From assembly GCA_012517355.1 (NCBI GenBank), contig JAAYVD010000172.1, forward strand, positions 64,081 through 128,080: a DNA stretch of 64,000 nt. The letters are read 5' to 3'. Shown here piece after piece: positions 53,114 through 63,714 of the stretch. Within the stretch, counting starts at the first letter, position 1. Every line of letters begins with the position of its first letter. Made by a program: the position numbers and the translations under genes. The notes beneath the pieces were generated by a model that was given only the letters and a program-made list of their open reading frames with translations, was not told the DNA's origin and did not search any database. The DNA is from Candidatus Rifleibacteriota bacterium (lineage in GTDB: Bacteria > Muiribacteriota > Ozemobacteria > Ozemobacterales > Ozemobacteraceae).

Positions 53114-55657
53114 ATGCCGGCAATCCCCCCTCCCAGGGTTTTCCGCCCCCGCCCATCGGCCGCGGCCATCGCAGTACCGTGCCACAGACCTGGCCTTCTG
53201 CCACTCCTGATGTTGGTGGGCATCGCCCTGTCCATCGCCGGCCTGGGTTTCCCTCCTCCCGCCCGCGGGGCCCCTTCGGTCACCGCGCGGCTGGACGCCC
53301 TCCTGGCGGAGTTCGGCGACCCGGCCCGCCGCACCGACAGCGACCGCATCCTGGACGACCTGCTCGGCCGTCTCGCCGCCCTGACCGCGGAAAATCGCTT
53401 CGCCACGGCCGGCCATTACCTGCGACAGCTCGAACCGGCCCGCCTCGGCCGCACTTTCAGCCTCCTGCGCTCATCCGAACGGCGCGACCGCGATGCCCAG
53501 ATCTTCCGCATCCGGAAGTTCGCCGCCGCCCATTTCCAGGCTCGGGCCCGCTACGAGACCGGCCGCGGCATGACCGAGGAGGCGGCGGCCATGCAGAAGA
53601 TCGCCGACGACTACACCGCCCTGGTAGAGGCCACCAGGCGCAGCCTGGGAGGCAGATCCGAGGCCGACCTCCCCGTCTTCGAGGACGAATCGGCGGCCAC
53701 CCCCTTCCCCCGCCATGACCCCGCCGCCCGCATCGTGCCGATCCCCACCGCCTTCTTCGTCTCCCTGCCCCCGCCCTGCGCCATGGCCCTGCCGCTGGTC
53801 GCCCCCTTCTCCTTCCTGCCGTCGGAGGGCCCCACGGCCGAGGTGGCCCTCGACCCCGCCTGGGCCTGGCAGTTCGGCAGTTGGCAGGAAGTCAGGTACA
53901 CCCTCGTAGCCGGCCTGTCGCCGACCGGTCACCAGGTGCTCTGGCTCGCCGGGCCCCTGGACGGGAACCATCCGCTCTCCACCCGGATGGTCAGCGGCCG
54001 CTGGGTTCTCGCCGCCGGCCCCGAAGACCTCGCCCCTGACCCAGGCCCGCGCTACCGCCTCACCCCCGGCGCGGCCGCCCCCACCGCCCCCTCCCTGGTC
54101 GTCGCCCGCTCCGACCCCGGCACCCCGGAACCCGCCACTGGTTCAACCACGCCGGTCGACCATGATCCCGCGGCCGGAACCTCGGAACCACCTGCGGGCC
54201 CCACCTCACCGGGTGGCGCCAATCCGGCAGCGGGCAGCGATTTCCCCCCGGCCCTCCCGGCCCCTTCGGCCCCTTCGACGTCCACCGCCTTCGCCCCTTC
54301 CGCCACCGGTTTCGCCACATCCCCGGCGGTTCCGGCCATTCCACTGATGGTCTCCCCACCCGCCGGCCCCCCGCCCGGATTGCGCAGCCGCGGCCTGGCC
54401 GGATTCGCCTTCCGGGCCCTGACCCCCGCCGATGTCGCCTCGAGCCCCGCCCCGTTGTCCGAGGGGGTCGTCGTGCGCGAGGTCTTCCCCGGCACCCCCG
54501 CCGCCCGCGCCGGCCTGGAACCCGGCGACATCCTCGTGGAATACGGTGGGGTGCTGATCTCCGGCGAGCCGCGTCTCCAGGACGTCCTCCGCACGAAATT
54601 CGCCGGCGACGAGGTGCCGGTCACCCTCTGGCGCGGCAGCCGCCAGGTCAGGACCACCCTCACCCTGGCCGAACCGCCACTCGAGCAGGCCCCCGGCTGC
54701 GACATCGAGTATGCCTCGTTCGTCGCCCCCGGCGGATTCCGCCTGCGGGCGGTGGTCACCAGCCCCACCGGGTCGGCCGGCCGGCCTCTTCCCGCGCTGT
54801 TCCTCGTCAGCGCCCTCGGCAGCCCGCGCCTGCGCGAACTGCCCGGCCTCGACCTGCACCGGGAACTCGCCCGCGCGGCCGCCCGGAACGGCTGGCGCGT
54901 GTTGCGCTTCGAGCAGCGCGGCAGCGGCGACTCGGAAGGCCCCGACTTCCGTGAGTCCGACTTCCATGCCGAACTGGCCGACAACCGGGCCGCCCTCGAC
55001 TTCCTGCTCGGCCGGCCCGACGTCGATCCCCGCCGCGTCGCCATCTTCGGGCACAGCACCGGCGGCCTGCACGCGGCGCTCCTGGCCGGCACCCGACCGG
55101 TCGCCGGGCTGATCGTCTCGGGAACCTGGGGCCGCTCGTTCTTCGAACGGGTCCTCGAAACCATCCGGCTCCAGGGCCGGCTGCAGGGCAAAAACCCCGC
55201 CGCGATCGATACCTCGGTGAAAGAGCATCTGGCCATGTTCGCGGAACTGCAGTCCGACCGCCCCCTGTCCCAGATCCTGCAGGAACGCCCCGCCCTGGCC
55301 CGGTTCCGCCTGCCCACCGGCCGCCTCATGGACGACCGCATCGCGGCCTACTGGCACCAGAAGCTGAACCTGAACCTGGCCGAGGTCTACGGCATCGTGC
55401 GCTGCCCCGTGCTCGTCTTGTACAACTCAGCCGATTTCATCACCACGCGCGCCTGCCACGACTGGATCCGCGACACGCTCGTGGCCGCCGGCAACCCCGA
55501 CGTCACCTTGCGGATCGCCGCGGGGGCCGACCACCGCTGGGCCACCGCCCCCGACTTCGCCGCCAGCTTCGCCGGGTACCGGTCCGGCCAGGCCACCCTG
55601 GCCACCGCCCCGGTCGAGACCGTCATCGACTGGCTTGCCCACCTGCCCCCCCGCTGA
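53114..55657 (+). CDS. Exported PDZ + alpha/beta-hydrolase (serine hydrolase) with unknown N-terminal region
   Basis: PDZ motif V.PGTPAARAGLEPGD; RGSGDSEG; nucleophile GHSTGG; AD and ADH candidate triad residues; AAGGAG RBS. Confidence 0.82.
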   Translation: MPAIPPPRVFRPRPSAAAIAVPCHRPGLLPLLMLVGIALSIAGLGFPPPARGAPSVTARLDALLAEFGDPARRTDSDRILDDLLGRLAALTAENRFATAGHYLRQLEPARLGRTFSLLRSSERRDRDAQIFRIRKFAAAHFQARARYETGRGMTEEAAAMQKIADDYTALVEATRRSLGGRSEADLPVFEDESAATPFPRHDPAARIVPIPTAFFVSLPPPCAMALPLVAPFSFLPSEGPTAEVALDPAWAWQFGSWQEVRYTLVAGLSPTGHQVLWLAGPLDGNHPLSTRMVSGRWVLAAGPEDLAPDPGPRYRLTPGAAAPTAPSLVVARSDPGTPEPATGSTTPVDHDPAAGTSEPPAGPTSPGGANPAAGSDFPPALPAPSAPSTSTAFAPSATGFATSPAVPAIPLMVSPPAGPPPGLRSRGLAGFAFRALTPADVASSPAPLSEGVVVREVFPGTPAARAGLEPGDILVEYGGVLISGEPRLQDVLRTKFAGDEVPVTLWRGSRQVRTTLTLAEPPLEQAPGCDIEYASFVAPGGFRLRAVVTSPTGSAGRPLPALFLVSALGSPRLRELPGLDLHRELARAAARNGWRVLRFEQRGSGDSEGPDFRESDFHAELADNRAALDFLLGRPDVDPRRVAIFGHSTGGLHAALLAGTRPVAGLIVSGTWGRSFFERVLETIRLQGRLQGKNPAAIDTSVKEHLAMFAELQSDRPLSQILQERPALARFRLPTGRLMDDRIAAYWHQKLNLNLAEVYGIVRCPVLVLYNSADFITTRACHDWIRDTLVAAGNPDVTLRIAAGADHRWATAPDFAASFAGYRSGQATLATAPVETVIDWLAHLPPR

Positions 55658-55727
55658 CCGCCGCTCTTCACCGCCAGAGTTCCCGCCCCCCCGACCCGCC
55701 GGTTCGCCACCTCCTGGCCACCCCATG

Positions 55728-58700
55728 TCATTCCACCTCCACCAGGAAACTCTCCGAGTGGCTGTTGAACTCCGGCGCGTACATGCACTGGATCTCGGTC
55801 ATGCCGGTCTGGTAGCGGCCCTTGTGCTGCACCCGCAGATCGTACTCGAAGACGTAGGTGCCCTTGGGCAGGTAGTCGATGAAGAAATGCGAGGCGGTGT
55901 CCTTGGTCGACTGGTAGTAGGCCAGGCCGTCCTGGTACCGGTAGGTCGACAGCACGTCGACCGGCTCCATGCCGCTGCCGCGCTGGTCCTTCATATGCAC
56001 GTATTCCATGTCGCGGTCGGTGCGCAGCTCGATCCGCACGGTCACCAGGTCGCCGACGGCAGCCTTGCCCGCCAGCGGCGTCAGCACCGGGCCCTTGGCG
56101 GAATCGGCCTTCACGAACAGGGTCTTTTTCAGCTTCAGGTTCGTCTCGTGCGGGGTGACCTTGCTCATGTCCTCGAGATACTGCCAGTGCAGGCCGCCCC
56201 AGGCGACCCCGGCATCCTCCTTGGTCACCTTGACCTCACCCATGGCCGGTGTGACGGCGGCACCCTCGTACCGCTTCTCGTAGAACCCGGTGCCGGCCTC
56301 GACCTTCTCCGGCTTCACCTCGACGCCGCCCAGGCTGACCGCCACGAGCTTGTCCGAGGCCAGCAGGGTGGCGCCTTTCAAAAGCAGGGCGTAGACGGCG
56401 TCGGCCGTGGCCTTGGTGGTCTTCCAGTCCTGCGTCTGCTTCTGCTTCAGCAACCAAACCTTGCAGTCCTCGACGCCCTCGGCGTCCTTGCCGATCTCGT
56501 CGAACACCTCGACCATCAGCGCCTGCGTCTCGATGGGCGCGCGGTACCACCACCACGACAGTTCGGTGTCCCGCCAGAAGCGGCCCAGTTCCGCGTCGGT
56601 GACGCTGCGTTCCTTCATGCTGTCGTAGATCGCCTTCGCGGTGGCCGCGTCGCCGAACCGCGCCAGGCCCAGGGCGAGGTGCCCCTGCGACAGCCGGCAG
56701 TCGAGCTGCAGCCAGTATTTCTTCGCCTGCCTCAGGAAGTAGTCGACCGCCTCCTTTGCCGTGCCGGGGATCGGCCGGTCTTTCAAAAAGAAGCTGCGCC
56801 CGTACAGATACAGCGCGATCGTCGACGACAGGTGGTTCTCGTTGGCGTTCCCCCAGCGCAGGATCTCGCGGTAGGTCGTGTTGATCCAGCTGTCGAGGTG
56901 GCCGAGGGCGCGCACCGCCAGGTCGGTCTCGACGTCGACGCCCAGGTGCCGCAGCCGGCCGAAGCCGGTCACGATGTACAGCGTGATGAAGGAATCGCCG
57001 CGCCCGCCGGGGAACCAGGGCCAGCTGCCGTCGCCGAGCTGCATCTTGGCCAGCTTGTCGCGGGCCTTCCCCAGCTCCGAATCCAGCCGGTTCCCGTCGA
57101 ACAGCACCCCGAGGTTGTGCTTCGCCTCCGTTTCCGACTTCGCCTGCCGCACCCAGGGCGTCTCGAGCAGCACCACGCTCTTGAGCTGCTCGTTCTTCTC
57201 CAGGTTCGACTTCAGCGCGGTGCCGCCCTGACCCTCCTCCGCCTTCCAGGCGTCGAAGATCTTGCGGATGCGCGGGTCGGAGGCCGCGATGAACCGGGCC
57301 AGCGTGTTCGCATACAGCCGGTTGAAGGTCTGCTCGGAACACTCGTGCGGGAACTCCATCAGGTAGGGAAGCGCCTGCACCGCGTACCAGGCCGGGTTCG
57401 AGGTCATCTGCACGGTCAGCGCCTGGGTCGTCAGGGTGTCCGATGTCCCGCTGTCGAGCAGCTTCTGCAGCTTGAAGGTCTTGCTGCCCGGCCCCCGGAT
57501 CGGCAACGGCACCGACTCGGTCACGAAGATGCGCCGCGCCAGCACCGGCACGATCGCCTCTTCCCCGTCCGACAGCTGGTCGGTCGCCCCCACCACCTTG
57601 TAGGTGACCAACCCTGGCCCGTCGGGCACCTTCAACCGCCACCCGAATGGCCGCGACTCCTTCGCTGGCACCTCGAACGGCAGGTCGGCGGCGGTCAGCC
57701 CGAACTCCGCGTCCCGCGACCGGTCGGTGGCGGGGTCGCGCAACGACAACCGCACCTTCCCCTTCAGAACGCGGTCCGACAGGTTCGTGACCTTGGCCGA
57801 GAAGACCAGCTCGTCACCCTCGCGCAGGAACCGCGGCGGGTTCGGCTGGACCATCAGGTCCTTCTGCGTGACCGTCTCCCCGCCCAGGCCGCCCGACTGG
57901 CAGCGCGGGCCGTGGGCGAAGGCCTGGAACTTCCAGGTGGTCAGCGCCTCGGGCATGGTGAAGGTCATCGTCACCGTCCCCTTGTCGTCGACCGCGAGGT
58001 GCGGGAAGAAGAAGGCCGTCTCCTGCAGGTTGGTGCGCGCCGAGACCTTGTCGAGGTCGGGCGCCGGGGCCGGCGCCGCCGTGGCTTGGGGAACCGGGCC
58101 CGCCCCGCCGGTGTCCTGCTTTTCCAAACTCGCCGCCTCCCGCCGGCTCGGGGCTTCCTGGGGCATATCCGCGCTGGGCGCGGCCATCGACAGGCTCGGC
58201 TGCACCATGGACGGGCTCGGTGGCGGCATCCCCTCCATGTCGGCGAAGTTGGCCCGCAGGCCGCCGCCCTTGTACCGGGCGAACTCGTAGCCGCCGAAGT
58301 TGATCAGGACATTCGGCGGCAGCTGCGGGTAGCCGCGGGTGGCGAACCCTCCGCCGTGGTACCAGTCGTCCCAGAACGACTGGAAGGTCACCAGGTGGTT
58401 CGCCGTCTGGGCGTTGGCGTCGTCGTACTCCTCGCGGAAGAACCCGAACCCGCTCAGCCACTGGAACGGAGCGAAGGCGTCGAGCGAGGCGTCGTACAGC
58501 CCCGCCACCACCTCGATCGCCTTTTTCCCCGCGTCGGGGCCCGACAGCGTCAGGGTCCAGGTCTCCTTCTGCCCGGGCGCCATCTTCGAGGTGAAATGCC
58601 CGAAACTCATCTGCAACCGCTTGTTCGACCAGGGAACGGCCACGCGCAGGGTCTGCTGGAAGGCCCGGTTCTCGCGCATCTGCCGCACCCGCACCAGGAA

Positions 58701-61697
58701 GCCACCCCGCATCGATTCGTCGATCGGCACCTCGAGCAGGTGCTGCGTGGCGCCGGGCGTGGTCCAGAAGGACTTGACGATGTGGTGCCGGTGCTCGACC
58801 TCGATGAAGGCCCGCCCTTCGCCGTAGCCCGTTCCCCACAGGGCCCGGAACGTCTCCCCGGGCTCGACCGACCCGGTCTGCGCCTCCACGAGGAAGGGGA
58901 CCTTGATGCCCAGGGCGGTCGCCGCGGGGTCGACCACCGTCAGGTCGAGCTTGCTGGTGACCGGCTTGTTGAACCGGTCGCGACTGGTCGCCACCAGCCG
59001 GTAAGCGCCGGCCGGCAGCGTGAACTTCAGGGTCGTGGTGCCGTCCACCGAGGTCTGGAAGGACTCCTCGGCGACCACTTCGCCTTCCTCCCAGGTGGCG
59101 GGGTTGGAACGGTCGGGGTCGTCGGCGTCGGGCTGGCCGTCCAGGCGCGGACGCACCACCTGTGCGGGCGCCTTCAGGGCATGCACCAGCACCGCGCCGG
59201 CAGCGGGGATCCCCTTGCCGTCGAGGGTGGCGGTGGTGAGGGGAAGGGAAATCGGCTGGCCGGCCTGCATCCAGACCGGGGCCGACAGCGAAAGGTCGAG
59301 CGCGGTGTAGCCCACCCGCACCGGCCGCGTCTGCGAGCGGGTCTCGCCGGCCGTGTCGGTCACGTTGGCGGTCACCGTGTAGGTGAACACCGGCTGGTCC
59401 TTTTCGGGAATCGACAGGTCGGGCTGGGCCGGGAAGGTGACCTCGAACTTCCCCTCCTTGTCGGTCGTCGCCCGCCCGTGCGCGATCTCGCGGGAGGTCG
59501 CGCCATACCGGAAGAACCACCAGCACCAGGGCGGGAACTGGACTTCCCGCACCACCCGCCAGGTGACCTTCGCCCCGTCGATGGCCGCCCCCGTATAGGA
59601 CTTCGCCTCGCCCTTCACGGTGACCGCCTCGCCCAGCTTCCCACCCTCGGCGGGGGACTCCAGGCTCACCTGGAACTTGGGCCTCTTGTACTCCTCCACC
59701 TGGAAGGCCGCGCTGCCGTCGGCCCCCACCGCGACCAGGCGCATCTGCCCGGTCAGCCGGTCGGCCGGGGCGGTGAAGGTGCCCGAGAACGACCCGAAGG
59801 CGTTCGTCCGGACCGCCGTCTTGGCGATCTCCTGGTCGTTCGGATCGCGGAACGAAACCTCCAGGTCCCGCTCGGGAATGACCTCGTAGGTGTCCGTATC
59901 GCGGTCGATGCGCACCAGGATGCCCTTGAACTGCACGGTCTGCCCGGGCCGGTACAGCCCGCGATCGGTGAAGAACACCACCGTGGTCTCGACGGGCGCC
60001 GTCCACGGCTGGTTGGCATACAGGGCATTCGCGTCGACCAGCGTCTCCCCGTGGTGCCTGGCCACCAGGAACACGCTGTCGTCGGAAGAGGGGAGCCGGA
60101 AAGCGCCGTCCTGGTCGGTGGTGGCCGTGCCGGCGATGCGCCAGCCCCGGTCGTAGTGGTACTGCTGCGCCTCGACGGTGGCCCCGGGCACCGGCTCGCC
60201 CGTCCCGTTGTCCACCACGAGACCCTCGATCTTCCCCCAGCGGGCGCGGGTCATCAGGCCCAGCGAGGTGACCCAGACCGGGGTGTTGCGCACGGCGTTC
60301 CTCTTCCTGGAGAAATCCTTCCGCCAGCTGGCGATCAGGTAATAGAACCCGGGCTTGACGCTGGGCAGCGTGGTTCGGAAGGTCTGCGGCGCGAACTCCT
60401 TCGTCGGCGGCAGGTCGAGCCGCCATTCCTTGGCCGGGCTGGCGGCGAGGGCCGCATCGAGATCGGCCTCCTCGGGGTAGTTCGGGTTGTACCGGTTCTT
60501 GCGGAACACGCTTTTGACGTCGCGCTCCACCAGCCGGAAATGCACCTCGCCGATGTTCGTGTAGTCGACGATCAGCTCGGCGGCCGGCTGGCCCGCCACC
60601 CGCTCGGTCTTGACGGCGAGTTGCTTCTGCTCGATCTGGCCGATGAGCGCCTGGCAGTTGAGGCCCCCGATGCTCTGCGGGAACCGCTCCGCCCCCTCGC
60701 TGGCCACCGCGTGCGCCTCGGCGCGCCGTTTGCGGGCCAGCAGGTCCTGGGCGGCCAGGAACCGCGCGGTCGCCGACAGCGGGTCGGCGGCATGGGCCTT
60801 GGCCAGCTCCAGCAGGCGCTCGACGAACCGCACGCCCGCGCCTTCCCCGACCGCGTTGGCGTTGGCCCAGACGAGCCGGTGCAGGTCGGCATCCAGCAGC
60901 GCGAGGGTGTTCCCCTGCTTCTTGTGCCAGGCCATCACCTTCTGGAACAGGCCCAGCGCCTTGGCCTTCGCCGACCCCGTGTCCGTGGTGGCCGGGGCCC
61001 AGGCCAGGAACTCGTCAGCCGTGCCCAGGGCGGGGGAGTCGGCCGCGATCTCGAACGCGTCCTCGGGGACCGCGCCCGCCTGTTCCCCCGACGTGTAGAA
61101 CTCGATCGCCTGGAAAACCAAAAAGTCCCAGAGCGTGGGACGCAACTCGTCGGGCTGGTTGCCGGGGGTCAGGAACTTCCCGAGCCGGTCGATCGGCGTC
61201 GCCTGCAGCGCCGCTTCCCCTTTCAGGGCCCCGTCGTAGAGGGCGCCGATGTGCGCGAACAGCCGCGGCAGGTCCCAGGTCGTGAAGTCCTTGTCGTCGA
61301 CGCCCTGCGTCGCGGTGCGGTTCAAGAACCGCCAGTTGTTCTGCTGGAAGTAATGCCAGTACCACCGGGCCAGCACCGCCTGCAACAATGGCTGCATCTC
61401 GCCAGGCAGGGTCTTGACCGCCTCCTCGAGCCGGGTGACCTTCTCCTCGGCCTTGTTCCCCTGGATGTTCGCCTCCAGCGTGATCTTCTCGCAGAGGGCC
61501 AGCGCCGCCTGGGCGTGGTCCTTCTCGGCCAGCGCCCGCTCGAGGATCGGCTGGAGCTTCTCCACCGCCGTCTTCGGCAGGCCCTTCGCCTTGGCCGCCT
61601 CGACCTCGGACCAGGCCGCCCTCCAGTCGGCGGCCAGGGCCGGGGCGCAGGCCACGGCCAGGAGCAGCACGAGGGCGATCGTCAGGTGGTTGTGCAT
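55728..61697 (-). CDS. Bacterial alpha-2-macroglobulin family protein (~1989 aa)
   Basis: FTDRGLYRPGQTV, VEEYKRP, R.NLQETAFFFP, PRFLREGD and thioester-site ECSEQ motifs; signal peptide; GGGAGG RBS. Confidence 0.93.
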   Translation of the reverse strand: MHNHLTIALVLLLAVACAPALAADWRAAWSEVEAAKAKGLPKTAVEKLQPILERALAEKDHAQAALALCEKITLEANIQGNKAEEKVTRLEEAVKTLPGEMQPLLQAVLARWYWHYFQQNNWRFLNRTATQGVDDKDFTTWDLPRLFAHIGALYDGALKGEAALQATPIDRLGKFLTPGNQPDELRPTLWDFLVFQAIEFYTSGEQAGAVPEDAFEIAADSPALGTADEFLAWAPATTDTGSAKAKALGLFQKVMAWHKKQGNTLALLDADLHRLVWANANAVGEGAGVRFVERLLELAKAHAADPLSATARFLAAQDLLARKRRAEAHAVASEGAERFPQSIGGLNCQALIGQIEQKQLAVKTERVAGQPAAELIVDYTNIGEVHFRLVERDVKSVFRKNRYNPNYPEEADLDAALAASPAKEWRLDLPPTKEFAPQTFRTTLPSVKPGFYYLIASWRKDFSRKRNAVRNTPVWVTSLGLMTRARWGKIEGLVVDNGTGEPVPGATVEAQQYHYDRGWRIAGTATTDQDGAFRLPSSDDSVFLVARHHGETLVDANALYANQPWTAPVETTVVFFTDRGLYRPGQTVQFKGILVRIDRDTDTYEVIPERDLEVSFRDPNDQEIAKTAVRTNAFGSFSGTFTAPADRLTGQMRLVAVGADGSAAFQVEEYKRPKFQVSLESPAEGGKLGEAVTVKGEAKSYTGAAIDGAKVTWRVVREVQFPPWCWWFFRYGATSREIAHGRATTDKEGKFEVTFPAQPDLSIPEKDQPVFTYTVTANVTDTAGETRSQTRPVRVGYTALDLSLSAPVWMQAGQPISLPLTTATLDGKGIPAAGAVLVHALKAPAQVVRPRLDGQPDADDPDRSNPATWEEGEVVAEESFQTSVDGTTTLKFTLPAGAYRLVATSRDRFNKPVTSKLDLTVVDPAATALGIKVPFLVEAQTGSVEPGETFRALWGTGYGEGRAFIEVEHRHHIVKSFWTTPGATQHLLEVPIDESMRGGFLVRVRQMRENRAFQQTLRVAVPWSNKRLQMSFGHFTSKMAPGQKETWTLTLSGPDAGKKAIEVVAGLYDASLDAFAPFQWLSGFGFFREEYDDANAQTANHLVTFQSFWDDWYHGGGFATRGYPQLPPNVLINFGGYEFARYKGGGLRANFADMEGMPPPSPSMVQPSLSMAAPSADMPQEAPSRREAASLEKQDTGGAGPVPQATAAPAPAPDLDKVSARTNLQETAFFFPHLAVDDKGTVTMTFTMPEALTTWKFQAFAHGPRCQSGGLGGETVTQKDLMVQPNPPRFLREGDELVFSAKVTNLSDRVLKGKVRLSLRDPATDRSRDAEFGLTAADLPFEVPAKESRPFGWRLKVPDGPGLVTYKVVGATDQLSDGEEAIVPVLARRIFVTESVPLPIRGPGSKTFKLQKLLDSGTSDTLTTQALTVQMTSNPAWYAVQALPYLMEFPHECSEQTFNRLYANTLARFIAASDPRIRKIFDAWKAEEGQGGTALKSNLEKNEQLKSVVLLETPWVRQAKSETEAKHNLGVLFDGNRLDSELGKARDKLAKMQLGDGSWPWFPGGRGDSFITLYIVTGFGRLRHLGVDVETDLAVRALGHLDSWINTTYREILRWGNANENHLSSTIALYLYGRSFFLKDRPIPGTAKEAVDYFLRQAKKYWLQLDCRLSQGHLALGLARFGDAATAKAIYDSMKERSVTDAELGRFWRDTELSWWWYRAPIETQALMVEVFDEIGKDAEGVEDCKVWLLKQKQTQDWKTTKATADAVYALLLKGATLLASDKLVAVSLGGVEVKPEKVEAGTGFYEKRYEGAAVTPAMGEVKVTKEDAGVAWGGLHWQYLEDMSKVTPHETNLKLKKTLFVKADSAKGPVLTPLAGKAAVGDLVTVRIELRTDRDMEYVHMKDQRGSGMEPVDVLSTYRYQDGLAYYQSTKDTASHFFIDYLPKGTYVFEYDLRVQHKGRYQTGMTEIQCMYAPEFNSHSESFLVEVE

Positions 61698-61724
61698 GGG
61701 TGCCTCCCGCATGTCAAGGTCTTG

Positions 61725-61740
61725 CCAGTTGTACAACTGG
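61725..61740. promoter_or_regulatory. Perfect 16-bp palindrome, candidate operator
   Basis: CCAGTTGTACAACTGG, 28 nt upstream of the alpha-2-macroglobulin start. Confidence 0.5.
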
Positions 61741-61916
61741 TACTATTCCGAAAAAAAACGTTTCTTGTCGCCGCCGCCGAACCTCCGGCCGGCCGGATGG
61801 GTCCCAGGGGGAAACGGCTCTCGCGGCCGGCGGGTTTAGTTCTGGGGCAGCCGCCGCCGGCTGCCACGGACGGGCCAGGGTGGATGCGGACCGGCCCGGG
61901 GGAGGGAAGCATGGCT

Positions 61917-63545
61917 TCAGGCCTCGTCCAACCGGTCTTCCCAAAGGTACTTTCGGGTTTCCGCGACGATGACCCTGTTCAGGACGATCAGCGAGACCAG
62001 GTTGGGGATCGCCATCAGGCCGTTGGCGATATCGGCGAAAGCCCAGACCGCCTTCAGGGTGACCGTCGACCCGACCAGGACGGAGACGACCCACAGGATG
62101 CGGTAGGGCAGGATGACCCGCGAACCCAGCAGATACTCGGCGGCTTTTTCCCCGTAATATTCCCAGCCGAGGATCGTGGAGAACACGAAGGTCAACAGGC
62201 CCAGCGACAACACGATCGGGCCGATGGTCGGGATGTCGGCGAAGGCCGTCTTGGTCAGCACCCCGCCGCCCATCGACGGGGGGCGCCAGCCTTCGGCGGC
62301 GGCCAGGGGGGCGAGCAGGTCCGCCGGCAGGGAGGCCACGGTCAGCACGTCTTTCTGGAGGGCCCCGGCCGCCGAGGCCGGTTCCCGGATCGCCTCGGGA
62401 AAACCCTCGGGCAGGACGGTGACGGTCTTCCAGGCCCCCGCCTGGAGGAGGGCGGAGCGCAGGTCGGCCGGCGCCTTGCCGAAATCGAGGCCGCCGTGTT
62501 GGAAGGCGGGGGAGGCGGTGACGGTCGCCTGCAGGCTCGCCGGCAGCGTGTTCATGGGAATCTCGGACAGCAGCCAGCTCTGGGAATTGACGATGACCAG
62601 CCCGGTCATGGCGCAGACCACCACGGTGTCCCAGAAGGTGCCGGTCGAGGAGACGAGCGCCTGCCGGACCGCGTTCCTCGTCTGGGCGGCGGCGGCCACG
62701 ATGGGGGCGCTGCCCAGCCCGGATTCGTTGGAGAACAGGCCGCGGGCGATGCCGAACCGGATCGCCTGGGCGACCCCCGCGCCCAGGAAACCGCCGGTCA
62801 GCGCGGTTCCCGAAAAGGCGCTGGTAACGATCAGCACGATGCTGTCCGGGATGCGGCCGGCGTGCATGATCAGCAGGACGAGGCAGCCCAGCACGTAGGA
62901 GATGGCCATGAAGGGCACCAGGGCTTCGCAGGCCGCCGAGATCCACTTGATGCCGCCGAGGACGACAACGGCGGTCAGAACGGCTATCACGATGCCGGAG
63001 GCGTAGGTGGGAACCCCCCAGGTGTCGTGCAGCATGGTGGCGATCGAGTTCGCCTGCACCATGTTCCCGATGCCGAAGGCGGCCACGGCCGTCAGCAGGG
63101 CGAAGATCCAGCCGAGCCAGCGGGCGTTCATGCCGCGCTCGAGGACGTACATCGGCCCGCCCGCCATCTGGCCGGCCGGGGTGGTGATACGGAATTTCAC
63201 CGACAGGAGGGCTTCGGCATACTTGGTGGCGATGCCGAACACGCCGGTCAGCCACATCCAGAGGACGGCGCCGGGACCCCCGGCGGCGATGGCCGTGGCG
63301 ACGCCGACGATGTTGCCGGTGCCGATCGTGGCGGCAAGGGCCGTGGTGAGGGCACCGAACTGGCTGATGTCCCCTTCCCCCTCCTGCGACCGTTCGAGCG
63401 ACAGGCGGATCGCCTTGCCGATGGAGCGCTGGATGAACCGCAAACGGAAGGTCAGGAACAGGTGGGTGCCGAACAGCAGCAGGAGGAGCGGTGCCCCCCA
63501 GACATACCCCGCCACGAGGTCGAGGATCTTTTCCAACGCCGCCAT
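61917..63545 (-). CDS. Alanine/glycine:cation symporter (AGCS family)
   Basis: ALAATIGTGNI.GVATAI..GGPGA..WMW, GGPMY, RGLFSNESGLGS and N.LMAIPNL motifs. Confidence 0.95.
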   Translation of the reverse strand: MAALEKILDLVAGYVWGAPLLLLLFGTHLFLTFRLRFIQRSIGKAIRLSLERSQEGEGDISQFGALTTALAATIGTGNIVGVATAIAAGGPGAVLWMWLTGVFGIATKYAEALLSVKFRITTPAGQMAGGPMYVLERGMNARWLGWIFALLTAVAAFGIGNMVQANSIATMLHDTWGVPTYASGIVIAVLTAVVVLGGIKWISAACEALVPFMAISYVLGCLVLLIMHAGRIPDSIVLIVTSAFSGTALTGGFLGAGVAQAIRFGIARGLFSNESGLGSAPIVAAAAQTRNAVRQALVSSTGTFWDTVVVCAMTGLVIVNSQSWLLSEIPMNTLPASLQATVTASPAFQHGGLDFGKAPADLRSALLQAGAWKTVTVLPEGFPEAIREPASAAGALQKDVLTVASLPADLLAPLAAAEGWRPPSMGGGVLTKTAFADIPTIGPIVLSLGLLTFVFSTILGWEYYGEKAAEYLLGSRVILPYRILWVVSVLVGSTVTLKAVWAFADIANGLMAIPNLVSLIVLNRVIVAETRKYLWEDRLDEA

Positions 63546-63714
63546 CGAAGAGGTCTCCTTCTACTTGGACTCTCGGGCGTTTTCTAGCACAACGGAGGGG
63601 CGGTTGGCAATTGGGGGTGGCTGGAAAAGCCGCGTCCATGGCCATGGTCGCGGGCGGGGGGAAAGTTCGGGTGCCCCATTGAGTTTCCGGGGGACGGTAT
63701 GCTATTCTTCGGCC

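Noticed and set aside
55635..63587. 2650-aa plus-strand ORF
   Set aside because: Antisense shadow of the alpha-2-macroglobulin and AGCS genes; no motifs, and stop-codon scarcity is expected at this GC and codon bias.
63546..63700. Glycine riboswitch upstream of the AGCS transporter
   Set aside because: No recognisable aptamer consensus, and the intergenic space is short and shared with a divergent promoter.
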